Source of the DNA: a virus
Strand: one strand, 5' to 3'
IMG/VR virus record: IMGVR_UViG_3300044819_000016
Coordinates: 1 to 64,000 of that record
DNA length: 64,000 bases
In this document: positions 36,533-44,884 of the stretch, one piece after another
Layout of the letters: each line of letters opens with the position of its first letter
Numbering within the stretch: position 1 is the stretch's first letter
The notes under the pieces: model-generated
The model's input: only the letters and a program-made list of their open reading frames with translations
Databases searched by the model: none
Told to the model about the DNA's origin: nothing
Position numbers and translations under genes: made by a program

Positions 36533-37386
36533 TGGGCAAGTACGCAGCCCTGTTCGCGGCCCCTCCCGATGACAGCCTGAAACTCCCCACCTACGCCCCG
36601 CCAGAAGACCAGGCCGGCCCGGTGAGCCCCGAAAGCCAAGCCTGGGCCATGTCCCCCCCAGTGCAGACCGCGAACGCCCAGGCGCGCCTGGAGGGCGGCC
36701 AGGGGACATGGGAGGATCGCAAACTCCTCGGGAAGTCAGTCCCGACCGATCAGGACGAAGGCCGGGAATTCGCCAAGTTCGCCGCCCGCGCCGCTGCGGG
36801 TGAACTGGCGGCCCCGCTCATCGGCAAAGGAGTCTCGGCCATCGCCGCGAGGGTCAGGGCCATCCAGGCCGCCCGCGCTGGAGCCGGCGCCATGCCCCCG
36901 ATCGAGGAGGCCGCCGAGCCCATGGTCGCCCTCAACGCCCAGGGATCGAAGGGCGGCGCCGTTGACTTGGCCTCGCGACTGGCGGCGAAGCAAGCCGCCG
37001 AGGACTGGGCGAAAGAGCAGGCCACCGGCCAACTCGACTATGAGCCGGCGCCAGCCCAGCCCGATGGACTCGCCGAGCATGGTCTCCAGATGCACACGTG
37101 GCAGCCGTTCAAGGACGACGAGGTTTTCAGCAAGTGGAAGGCGACGCCAGAATTCAACGGTGTCGGTCTCGTGCAGAAGGACGATCCATCGAAGTTCGTC
37201 GCCATCCATCGCTCGACGAAGGAGCCCGGGAAGTGGCAGGCATCAAGCTTCGACGATCAAGGCGCCGTGGGCGACAGCATCCGCGACAATCCAGACGAGC
37301 TACTTCAGGACTACAGCCACAAGTGGTACAACCCGGTCGCGCTGAAGACAGTTGGCGCCCCGGTCGATCCCGAAGAACAGCCCTAG
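36532..37386 (+). CDS. Hypothetical virion-associated protein
   Basis: TAATG coupling; small globular C-terminal domain (HRSTKEPGKWQASSFD..G..GD). Confidence 0.7.
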   Translation: MGKYAALFAAPPDDSLKLPTYAPPEDQAGPVSPESQAWAMSPPVQTANAQARLEGGQGTWEDRKLLGKSVPTDQDEGREFAKFAARAAAGELAAPLIGKGVSAIAARVRAIQAARAGAGAMPPIEEAAEPMVALNAQGSKGGAVDLASRLAAKQAAEDWAKEQATGQLDYEPAPAQPDGLAEHGLQMHTWQPFKDDEVFSKWKATPEFNGVGLVQKDDPSKFVAIHRSTKEPGKWQASSFDDQGAVGDSIRDNPDELLQDYSHKWYNPVALKTVGAPVDPEEQP

Positions 37387-38348
37387 TCGCCGGCCATGAT
37401 CCGGTCGGTCTCGGTGCTCTCGGTCGATGCAGATCCAGGCGTCTTGGGCTTCGGAGGCTTGGGCGCCAAGGAGACCATGTCCTTCTTGAACATCGCTTGA
37501 AGTGCGACCCCAAGCGCCCGGGATGTGACGTCCTCCTGCTGCTTCAGGATTCGAAGGACCTGTTCCTTCCGAATGGAGAGCCTGAATTTCGGCTCGACGC
37601 CGTTTTTGCGGGCCAACTGAGTCTCGATTCCCTGCTGGCAGCGCGCGTAGGTGAGCGGGTACATGTCGGCGAACGCCCGCACCATGTCGCGGCTGAGAGC
37701 GTATTCGCCGACTGCTTCCATGATGACTCCGACCGGGTCGCAGGCCACGGACCAGAGGCGCCGAAAGCGTGCGACGTCGCTGTGCGCCGGCATCTCGTCC
37801 ACCGGGCCCTGGATTCCCTCGTGCGTCCGCTTGGGGACCTTGCCGAGGAGGTACGTCTGGATCTTATCGGCGATCTCGTTGGCGGCGAACGCCGTGTCGG
37901 CGTGCTCCCCGAACGCGCCCATGATCGCGGCGGTGTGCTTCGGCAGCGGCGGCGTCTTGAGATCCTCGACGACCTTCTGGAAGTCGAACGGCTGGAGCTT
38001 GGCCACCGGCAACGGCTCGTCGCTGCCGATGAACTTGTACAACTCCCGGTCAATCTCGGCGCCCAGCTTGGCGGCCCGGTCGAGATGGTAGAGGTGGACC
38101 CGTTTCAGGGTCTTGTCGGCGAACGGCTCGATGCCGAGGACCGCGACCATCGCCTCGACTGCGGCAGGATCGGCGGCCGGCGGCGGCGGCTTGGTCGGAT
38201 CGGGGGGCGGCGGAATCTCACCGGGCCCGAGGTCATCCGGGGGCGCCGCATCTGGCGGCAGAGCATCGGCCAGCGGCGCGGGCGGCTCTTCGGGCGCCGC
38301 GTCAGGTGCAGGCAATTCAGCGGGAATCGGGGGCGGTGCAACGCTCAT
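37383..38348 (-). CDS. Hypothetical protein in inverted orientation within the virion module
   Basis: GC3-rich codons on the minus strand; ATG at 38348 fixed by a minus-strand motif copy; stop overlaps the stop of 36532-37386. Confidence 0.8.
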   Translation of the reverse strand: MSVAPPPIPAELPAPDAAPEEPPAPLADALPPDAAPPDDLGPGEIPPPPDPTKPPPPAADPAAVEAMVAVLGIEPFADKTLKRVHLYHLDRAAKLGAEIDRELYKFIGSDEPLPVAKLQPFDFQKVVEDLKTPPLPKHTAAIMGAFGEHADTAFAANEIADKIQTYLLGKVPKRTHEGIQGPVDEMPAHSDVARFRRLWSVACDPVGVIMEAVGEYALSRDMVRAFADMYPLTYARCQQGIETQLARKNGVEPKFRLSIRKEQVLRILKQQEDVTSRALGVALQAMFKKDMVSLAPKPPKPKTPGSASTESTETDRIMAGD

Positions 38349-38381
38349 GAATGGGCCATCGCGATCGGACTGGCCCAACCG
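38346..38381. promoter_or_regulatory. Bidirectional putative late promoter (copies 7 and 8 share one GATC)
   Basis: GGGCCA-TCGC-GATC-GGAC-TGGCCC; the minus strand reads GATC-GCGA-TGGCC-CATTC-ATG. Confidence 0.75.
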
Positions 38382-38386
38382 AGCCC

Positions 38387-38767
38387 ATGAGCAAACCCCG
38401 GGTCACAACCCAGATTGTCACCAATGCGAACCTCGGTGCTCAGCCGATCGTGTCCTCGATCATCGACACCTGGCAGGTTGACGCCGGTAGCCTTGAGATT
38501 CAAGCCTCCGGCTCTGGGATCACCGGCACCCTGACCATCGAAGCGTCGAATCAGTACGATCCGAAGACGAACCCAACGCCGACCTTCGTCCCTCTGACAA
38601 CCACACCTGTCACTCCCGCATTCTCTGCACTCGGTGGGACAGGAGGAAGCTTCATCTACAGCTTCCTGCCGCCCGCTCTCGCGCCCAGGTTCATCCGGCT
38701 CCGCTTCGCTGGCGGTGGTGGCTCCGGGACGCTCAACGTCTTCGCCAACGTGACCGGGGCCGCCTGA
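38387..38767 (+). CDS. Tandem paralogue 1 (small beta-rich protein)
   Basis: EASNQYDPKTNPTPTFVP...RFIRLRF. Confidence 0.8.
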   Translation: MSKPRVTTQIVTNANLGAQPIVSSIIDTWQVDAGSLEIQASGSGITGTLTIEASNQYDPKTNPTPTFVPLTTTPVTPAFSALGGTGGSFIYSFLPPALAPRFIRLRFAGGGGSGTLNVFANVTGAA

Positions 38768-39189
38768 TGTCGAGGCTCCTGCTCTACCAGCCCGTGATCC
38801 AGTCGTTCGGGACGAACAACGCCAACGGCACCGTGGCGTTGCTGTCGCCGGTGATCGAGGTCTGGCCCTACTACTTCCTGTCGGCCGAGGCGAAATGGAC
38901 GGGGACCCCCTCGGGAACGTTCTCCTGGGAGGCGTCGAACCAGTACCACCCGATCACGAACCCGAACGCGACGTTCGTTACGATCGATTCTTCCTTCGTC
39001 CAGTTCATCGGAAGGATCGGCGGATCGACGTCGCCAGCCGGATCGGCCGGATCGAGCTTCACGTCCGTCAACCTGTTCGGCTCGCAGACCATCGCCGCGC
39101 TCGGGACCAGGTGGCTTCGGCTCCGCTACACCAATGCATCTGGCGCCGGCCCACTCGACGTCTGGTTCTCAGCAGAAGGGTACGACTAA
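38767..39189 (+). CDS. Tandem paralogue 2
   Basis: EASNQYHPITNPNATFVT...RWLRLRYTNASG. Confidence 0.8.
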   Translation: MSRLLLYQPVIQSFGTNNANGTVALLSPVIEVWPYYFLSAEAKWTGTPSGTFSWEASNQYHPITNPNATFVTIDSSFVQFIGRIGGSTSPAGSAGSSFTSVNLFGSQTIAALGTRWLRLRYTNASGAGPLDVWFSAEGYD

Positions 39190-39582
39190 ATGAGCAAGCC
39201 GCATGCAACATACAAAATCTTCTCCGGCGCAGTGATGTCGGGGACGAACACGATCGTGTCAGTCGCGATCGAGACGTCAATGATCGACGTCGCCGCTGGC
39301 GTCGAGTTTCAGATCACAGGCAACCCTACTGCTGGCGCCGGATTTACGTTGGAGGGTTCGAACCAGTACGATCCGTTCAATAATCCGAACGCGACGTTTA
39401 TTCCACTGGCTGTTGCTATGACCCCTGCACTCACGAGCCCTACAGCGGGAGCGCCGGCTTCGCAGTTGTGCGCATTCAGCCCCACGTCGCATCTACCATT
39501 TCGTTGGCTCCGGTTCCGATATGTAAACGCATCCGGATCCGGTACCATAGATGCCTGGGTCAATCACACGGGAGCCGCGTAG
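39190..39582 (+). CDS. Tandem paralogue 3
   Basis: EGSNQYDPFNNPNATFIP...RWLRFRYVNASG. Confidence 0.8.
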   Translation: MSKPHATYKIFSGAVMSGTNTIVSVAIETSMIDVAAGVEFQITGNPTAGAGFTLEGSNQYDPFNNPNATFIPLAVAMTPALTSPTAGAPASQLCAFSPTSHLPFRWLRFRYVNASGSGTIDAWVNHTGAA

Positions 39583-39584
39583 TC

Positions 39585-39971
39585 GTGCGCCGAATCCTGA
39601 ATACGAAACTCGTCGACCCAGCGGGAACGAACAACATGACCGGAACGGCCACGATCTTGTCGTCCGCCATCGAGACGTTTCCTTATGACAACTCCATTTC
39701 GTTCGAGATCCAGGCGACCGGGACACCGACTGGGACCCTCACGATGGAGGAGTCGAGCCAATACGATCCGGTGAACAACCCGAACGCCGCTTTCGTGCCC
39801 ATGAATCCAATCTTCAATGGAGTCGCTATTCCGACGTTCTCAGGCGCTCCCGTGTCGGCGTTCTGTACTCACACGCGCGCGGCCATGGGGAAATGGCTTC
39901 GACTTCGATACGTCAACTCTTCCGGGTCGGGACAACTCTCGATCTGGGCCTTCGGAAAAGGGAAAAACTGA
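39585..39971 (+). CDS. Tandem paralogue 4
   Basis: EESSQYDPVNNPNAAFVP...KWLRLRYVNSSG; GTG start inferred. Confidence 0.75.
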   Translation: MRRILNTKLVDPAGTNNMTGTATILSSAIETFPYDNSISFEIQATGTPTGTLTMEESSQYDPVNNPNAAFVPMNPIFNGVAIPTFSGAPVSAFCTHTRAAMGKWLRLRYVNSSGSGQLSIWAFGKGKN

Positions 39972-39972
39972 A

Positions 39973-40305
39973 ATGGCAATCGATCCGAATCCGCTACGCA
40001 ACCGAATCAAGATCATCCTGACGACAGCCGCTCTCACCATCGCGTCCTTGGCGGCCTCCGAGAAGGTATGGGGGCCACTGATCCCGACGTGGCTGCTCGC
40101 CGACCTCGACAAAGGCATCGGCCTCGCGGAACACCTCGCAGTCCTGGCCGGTGTCCTCGGCGCCAGTCCGCTCGGGCGCCTGATCTGGAAGGGCGATGGC
40201 CCCGATCTGTCGCCGCTGACCCAAGCCAATCACACGCCGTCGGGGACCGACGTCGTGATCACCCAGTCCCTCAAGAAGCCGCCCACGGAAGGATCCAAGT
40301 CATGA
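39973..40305 (+). CDS. Probable holin
   Basis: Two hydrophobic segments and a charged C-terminus; upstream of the peptidases. Confidence 0.55.
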   Translation: MAIDPNPLRNRIKIILTTAALTIASLAASEKVWGPLIPTWLLADLDKGIGLAEHLAVLAGVLGASPLGRLIWKGDGPDLSPLTQANHTPSGTDVVITQSLKKPPTEGSKS

Positions 40306-40673
40306 AACGTCTCACCTCGATCGTTGTCGTCGCGTTCGCTCTCTCCGGTGCTCTGTCGTGCGCCCACCTCCATCCTGGCGCCGTCGTCTCATGCTTGGAG
40401 AACTTCGCTCCCGGCCTCGTGACGAACGCGATGGGCGTCATCTACCAGGCCATCGAGCAGGGCTTGGCATCCGGCAACACCGAGGCCGCGATTCTGATCA
40501 GCCTGGAGAAGCTGGCCGTCGGGTTCGCCCCCGACGTCTGGCAGTGCGCAATGCAGGGAGTGTCCAGCCCCGACAGCGGGCCCTCGGTCTCGACCACGGC
40601 TGACAAGGCGATCGCCGCCGCTATCGCCGCGGACTACATCTCGGCCCACTCTGCCGCCGGCTCCCGGAAGTGA
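40302..40673 (+). CDS. Lipoprotein in the lysis cassette (spanin candidate)
   Basis: MKRLTSIVVVAFALSGALSC with lipobox ALSC. Confidence 0.65.
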   Translation: MKRLTSIVVVAFALSGALSCAHLHPGAVVSCLENFAPGLVTNAMGVIYQAIEQGLASGNTEAAILISLEKLAVGFAPDVWQCAMQGVSSPDSGPSVSTTADKAIAAAIAADYISAHSAAGSRK

Positions 40674-41428
40674 TCCCGAAGAACGCAAGGCTCGGCAAGC
40701 TGGCTGCGCGGCATGACGGCAGGACATTGCTCCTGGCCAATTATTTGCACACGTCTCAGCTCCCGGCGCCGCCGTTCCATCAGAACTGGGCGGCGCTCGC
40801 CTCGACGAACTGGGGAATGCTCGGGAACGATTCGGCCGGCGACTGCACATGTGCTGCTGCGGCACACGCCATCCAGACCTGGACGGCGAACACCGGCGCC
40901 GAGGTCACGATGTCGACCGACGATGTCCTCGCCACCTACTCGGCGCTGACCGGGTACGACCCTGCCGATCCGGACACCGACAAGGGCGCCGTTGAGCTGG
41001 ACGTCCTGACCCACTGGCGAGCGAACGGCATCGGGCCCTCGAAGCTGGCGGCGTTCATGGCGTGCGAGCCAGGGAACCAGGATCATGTCAAGGCGGCGAT
41101 CGATCTGTTCGGTGGGCTCTACATCGGCGTCCGGCTCCCGAAGTCGGCGCAGACCCAGCGCGTCTGGTCCGTACCGCCCGGCGGCCCCATTGGCGACGCC
41201 GCCCCCGGCTCCTGGGGCGGTCACGCGATCTGGGTCGTCAGCTATGACGCGACCGGCGTCACCTGCGTGACGTGGGGGGCCCTTCAGCGCATGACCTGGG
41301 GCTGGTTCGCCACCTACTGCGACGAAGCCTACGCGTTGCTCTCCGACTCGCTGTGGTCCGCGCCAGGACGTCTGGCGCCATGCGGGTTCGCGTTCGCCGA
41401 TCTGCAATCCGATCTCGCTCTCCTGTGA
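40670..41428 (+). CDS. Papain-like cysteine peptidase
   Basis: GND..GDCT.AA (catalytic Cys), GGHAI.VV.YD (His), VTWG. Confidence 0.75.
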   Translation: MIPKNARLGKLAARHDGRTLLLANYLHTSQLPAPPFHQNWAALASTNWGMLGNDSAGDCTCAAAAHAIQTWTANTGAEVTMSTDDVLATYSALTGYDPADPDTDKGAVELDVLTHWRANGIGPSKLAAFMACEPGNQDHVKAAIDLFGGLYIGVRLPKSAQTQRVWSVPPGGPIGDAAPGSWGGHAIWVVSYDATGVTCVTWGALQRMTWGWFATYCDEAYALLSDSLWSAPGRLAPCGFAFADLQSDLALL

Positions 41429-41435
41429 GGTAACC

Positions 41436-41942
41436 ATGCCGACCGACTTCGTCTCGAAGATGCTCGAATTCGCCTACGCCGAGGTCGGCGCGCGGGAGAC
41501 CCCGGGCCAGCGGAACCGCGGCCCCCAGGTGGATCAATACTGCCGGGACATCGGACACGACCCGACGAAGGGCGATCCATGGTGCGTCATCTTCGTCGCC
41601 GCCATGGCCAAGCGCGCCGCCGACTTCCTCGGGATCAAGTGCCCGGTGCCGCTCGTCGCCGGCTGCTGGACGGTGGATCAGGATTCCCCGCCCATCGTCC
41701 GAACCATGACTCCGACCTCGGGCTCCATCTTTCTGACCCTCCTGCACAAGCACTGCGGACTCGTCACCGACGTCTGGGACGACGGCACGCTTAGTTCAGT
41801 TGAAGGAAATACGGACCCCGCCGGCTCCGCTGAAGGTGACGGCGTCTACCTCAGAACCACGCGAAAGAAGACCGACATGGCCATCTTCCTGGACTTCAAT
41901 CTGCTCGGCAATCTCAGCAACCAAAGGCCCCTTGTCGGATGA
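41436..41942 (+). CDS. CHAP-domain endolysin
   Basis: RBS GAGG; PWC..FV, HCGLV and VEGNT motifs. Confidence 0.85.
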   Translation: MPTDFVSKMLEFAYAEVGARETPGQRNRGPQVDQYCRDIGHDPTKGDPWCVIFVAAMAKRAADFLGIKCPVPLVAGCWTVDQDSPPIVRTMTPTSGSIFLTLLHKHCGLVTDVWDDGTLSSVEGNTDPAGSAEGDGVYLRTTRKKTDMAIFLDFNLLGNLSNQRPLVG

Positions 41943-42285
41943 GCGTCGCAACAGTGGAGGCCCTGGGGGCGGAAGCGGAGGGAATGGTCCGGTCACAGCC
42001 CGTGTCGACATCTCACGAACCGTCGCACATGAGCTTGGCCGCGCAGTATCGCGCGCTGGCTATCTGGCGGTCGAGACTGGAGACAACCTCACGATCCTTG
42101 GAGACACGATCGAGGGCCATACGACGGCTCGGAAACGAGCTATTGTCCTTGCCCTCCTCAGGGAGCTAGAGGACGCCAAGGGCGATCTCGCCGCCGTCAT
42201 CGAGCGATGCGAGGACGCTACCGAGATGGTCCGCCGGGTGGCCGAGGACATGACCCTGGAGATGGCAAATGCCAACCGAAGGTGA
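41932..42285 (+). CDS. Helical-hairpin protein with an H-box-like motif
   Basis: TTG start inferred; VAHEL...NL..L...DL..VIE...A...VRRV..DM. Confidence 0.5.
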   Translation: MSDERRNSGGPGGGSGGNGPVTARVDISRTVAHELGRAVSRAGYLAVETGDNLTILGDTIEGHTTARKRAIVLALLRELEDAKGDLAAVIERCEDATEMVRRVAEDMTLEMANANRR

Positions 42286-42676
42286 CGTTTCCGGTGAGCA
42301 CCAGTCCATCGGGCCAGCGACCCGTACCAAGCTGAGCCTGGCCCAGTTCGTCACGATCGTCGGCGCCGTCGTCGCCATGACCGCGACTGCCCTGGCGACG
42401 TTCTACGCCCTGCGGGCCCGCGACGATCTCCAGGACGCGAAGCAGGGCGCCCTCGAAGGGGCGTTCGCCCGGCACCTTGCCGATCTGAACGCCCACATGC
42501 CCGAGAACTTCCAGCGGGCCCACGGCGAGCCGGTCGGTTCCTTCGACTTCCGCGTGACGATCGACCGGCTGGAGAAGAACCTCGAAGAGATCCAGAAGCG
42601 CCCATTCGTGCTCGACGGCGACACCTGCCGCCCGGTCCACGGCGGCACTCTCTGTCAGCAGAAGTACCCGCCATGA
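42269..42676 (+). CDS. Single-TM coiled-coil protein (i-spanin/antiholin candidate)
   Basis: TM FVTIVGAVVAMTATALATFYAL; two C-terminal Cys; RBS GGAG. Confidence 0.6.
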   Translation: MPTEGDVSGEHQSIGPATRTKLSLAQFVTIVGAVVAMTATALATFYALRARDDLQDAKQGALEGAFARHLADLNAHMPENFQRAHGEPVGSFDFRVTIDRLEKNLEEIQKRPFVLDGDTCRPVHGGTLCQQKYPP

Positions 42677-43362
42677 TCCTGTCGGCGGCCGAGCAGAAGA
42701 AGCTCGTTGCCGCCCATCTGAAGCTGGCCCAGGCCGCCGCCGCCAAGGCCCGCGCCACGATGCCCGACACGGTCGAGCTTGCTGATCTGATCCAGGAGGC
42801 GACGATCGGTCTGATTGGAGCCGCCAGGCGGTTCGACCCAGCCAAGGGCGAGGACTTCGCCTCCTACGCCTACTCGCGCTGTCTCGGCGCCGCGAAGGAC
42901 TACGTCCGGAGCCTCGATCCTATCTCGCGTGACGCGCGCCGCTACCAGCGCAAGATCAGGTCAACGGCTCACGCCCTCGAACTGGAGCCCGAGGGCGTGA
43001 GCCAGGAGGCCATCGCCGCGCGCATGGGCGTGAGCCTGGAGCGTTTCCATGCCATGGTCCTGTGGGGGGCGCCCGGCGGCTCCTCCATCGGCCTGGATGA
43101 GCCTGGCGTCATCCCGTTGATGCGCTCGAAGGATCCATCCCCCGAGGACCAGGTCGAGCGGTCACAACTCCTGGAGCGACTGGCCGGCGCCATCTCCAGG
43201 CTTCCCCATCGTCTCCAGGTAATCACCCTAGCGTGGCTCGACGGCTGGCTGATGGCGGATATCGGCGTGGCAATCGAGCGCACCGAGTCGCGCGTCTGCC
43301 AGCTACTGCAAACCGCGGTCGAGATGATCCGAGACGACATCGGGCCAACTTCGAATGGATGA
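42673..43362 (+). CDS. RNA polymerase sigma factor, FliA/WhiG-like
   Basis: DLIQEATIGLIGAARRFDP.KG..FASYA..R..GA..DYVRSLD..SR..R; region-4 HTH IGVAIERTESRVCQL. Confidence 0.9.
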   Translation: MILSAAEQKKLVAAHLKLAQAAAAKARATMPDTVELADLIQEATIGLIGAARRFDPAKGEDFASYAYSRCLGAAKDYVRSLDPISRDARRYQRKIRSTAHALELEPEGVSQEAIAARMGVSLERFHAMVLWGAPGGSSIGLDEPGVIPLMRSKDPSPEDQVERSQLLERLAGAISRLPHRLQVITLAWLDGWLMADIGVAIERTESRVCQLLQTAVEMIRDDIGPTSNG

Positions 43363-43892
43363 GCACACTTTATGGAGGAATCGATCCAGGCAAAGACGGA
43401 TGCCTGGCAACCATCGACAAGGATGACGGCTCCGTCGTGTTCTTCGACACCCCGACGGCCGAGACGGTCAAGGCGGGAAAAACCAAGCTCGGCAACGAGC
43501 GCCACAAGCGCATCTACCTGGCCCACGAGATGGCGGACTTCCTCCGACAGCTGAAGCCTCACCTGGTCAGCGTGACCATCGAGGAAGCCCTCGCGATGCC
43601 CGGGAAGGCCGGGCGCCCGATGCCGGCTCAATCAGCGCTGGAGACCGGGCTCGGGTTCGGCATCTGGCTTGGGATCCTCGTGGCGCTCGAAATCCCCTTC
43701 AGGCGCGTTCATCCCGCGACGTGGAAGGCCGCTCTCCTGGCAGGCCAGCCGAAGGTCAAAGAGGCGGTCGTCCCGTTCGTCTGCAACCTCTACCCGCAGG
43801 CGGCGCCCTATCTCCGTGGTCCCAAGGGGGGATTGCTGGTGGACCGAGCGGACGCGACCCTCATCGCTCACTGGGGGAAGACCCAGGGCTGA
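43359..43892 (+). CDS. RuvC-like Holliday junction resolvase
   Basis: GIDPG..G, VTIEE, V.PATWK and RADA.LIA motifs. Confidence 0.85.
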   Translation: MSTLYGGIDPGKDGCLATIDKDDGSVVFFDTPTAETVKAGKTKLGNERHKRIYLAHEMADFLRQLKPHLVSVTIEEALAMPGKAGRPMPAQSALETGLGFGIWLGILVALEIPFRRVHPATWKAALLAGQPKVKEAVVPFVCNLYPQAAPYLRGPKGGLLVDRADATLIAHWGKTQG

Positions 43893-43914
43893 GCACCAAA
43901 TAGTCACCAACTTG

Positions 43915-43948
43915 GCCCCGCCATCCCACGTGGATCGCGGGGCTTTTT
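43915..43948 (+). terminator. Rho-independent terminator
   Basis: GCCCCGC...GCGGGGC-TTTTT with inner ATCC/GGAT. Confidence 0.8.
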
Positions 43949-43967
43949 CGTGCCTGTACGATTCTGT

Positions 43968-43995
43968 TTGCAAAGTTTTTCAGTTACGGTAGTGT
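43968..43995 (+). promoter_or_regulatory. Sigma70-type promoter with conserved spacer box
   Basis: TTGCAA-N16-TAGTGT; spacer AGTTTTTCAGTTACGG. Confidence 0.6.
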
Positions 43996-44036
43996 TCATT
44001 TCGTCGGCAGCAACCAACTTCGAAAGGACCACCACC

Positions 44037-44177
44037 ATGACCAATCCCATCAAGCCCGGCCAGACCTTCTACCGCTACCGCGTCAACTCCTCCCGCGACT
44101 CTGCGCGTGTCGAGGTCGCCGAGGTCACGAGCGTCACGGACAAGGTGGCGTTCGCCCGAGCCGGAGGGGAGCGATGA
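44037..44177 (+). CDS. Small hypothetical protein
   Basis: RBS AAAGGA. Confidence 0.6.
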   Translation: MTNPIKPGQTFYRYRVNSSRDSARVEVAEVTSVTDKVAFARAGGER

Positions 44178-44884
44178 ATCCCACCACGCTCGAACACATC
44201 AAGGACCAGTCCCACTGGGTCGCCACCAGGCTCGGCAAGTTCTTCCATGGCTTCGAGCAGGACATCGAGCAGGAGGCATGGGTCGCTTGCCTGGAGGCCG
44301 CCAAACATCACGACCCGACGAAGCCGGGGGCGAAGGGACACTTCTACCGCTGCGCCCTGCTCCAGGTGACGCCACGGGCAAATCGCTGGATGGCCGTGAC
44401 GTCCCTGTCGAAGGTTGCCAGCCGCGCCGGCAACGTCGGATCGAGGCAGAGGAACATGACCGTCGATGTCAAGCCCGGTTTAATCCGGCTCAAGAGCTAC
44501 CGAGCCTTTGGAAGGTCGTCCTCGATCGGCGCGGGCGCCGAGCAGGCGGAGGAGTTCGACGTCTTCCCGCCCGTTCCGTTCGCGGAGGAGTCGCTCGAAT
44601 CCGTCGTGCTCCTCGCCCAGCGCGAGGTGACGCGACTCAGGGCCAAGCGCCGCCGGATCATCGACCGCCTGACCCGGAACGACACCGAGGTCTGCGACAT
44701 CGGATGCTTGCTGCTGGGGATCGACCGAGCCCCGGTGAGCGTAGTGGTGGCGGCGAAGCGCCTCGGTATCGACCTGGACGACGCCAAGAAGCTTGCAGCA
44801 CGGTGGAGGAAGTTGCTCAAGGGGGATCCGCGAGTGGCGGAGTTGACCAAACACATCGAAGACATCGAGGAGAATCTCCCATGA
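44174..44884 (+). CDS. Divergent sigma70-like factor
   Basis: QDIEQEAWVACLEAAKHHDPTK resembles region 2; C-terminal HTH-like AAKRLGI. Confidence 0.65.
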   Translation: MNPTTLEHIKDQSHWVATRLGKFFHGFEQDIEQEAWVACLEAAKHHDPTKPGAKGHFYRCALLQVTPRANRWMAVTSLSKVASRAGNVGSRQRNMTVDVKPGLIRLKSYRAFGRSSSIGAGAEQAEEFDVFPPVPFAEESLESVVLLAQREVTRLRAKRRRIIDRLTRNDTEVCDIGCLLLGIDRAPVSVVVAAKRLGIDLDDAKKLAARWRKLLKGDPRVAELTKHIEDIEENLP

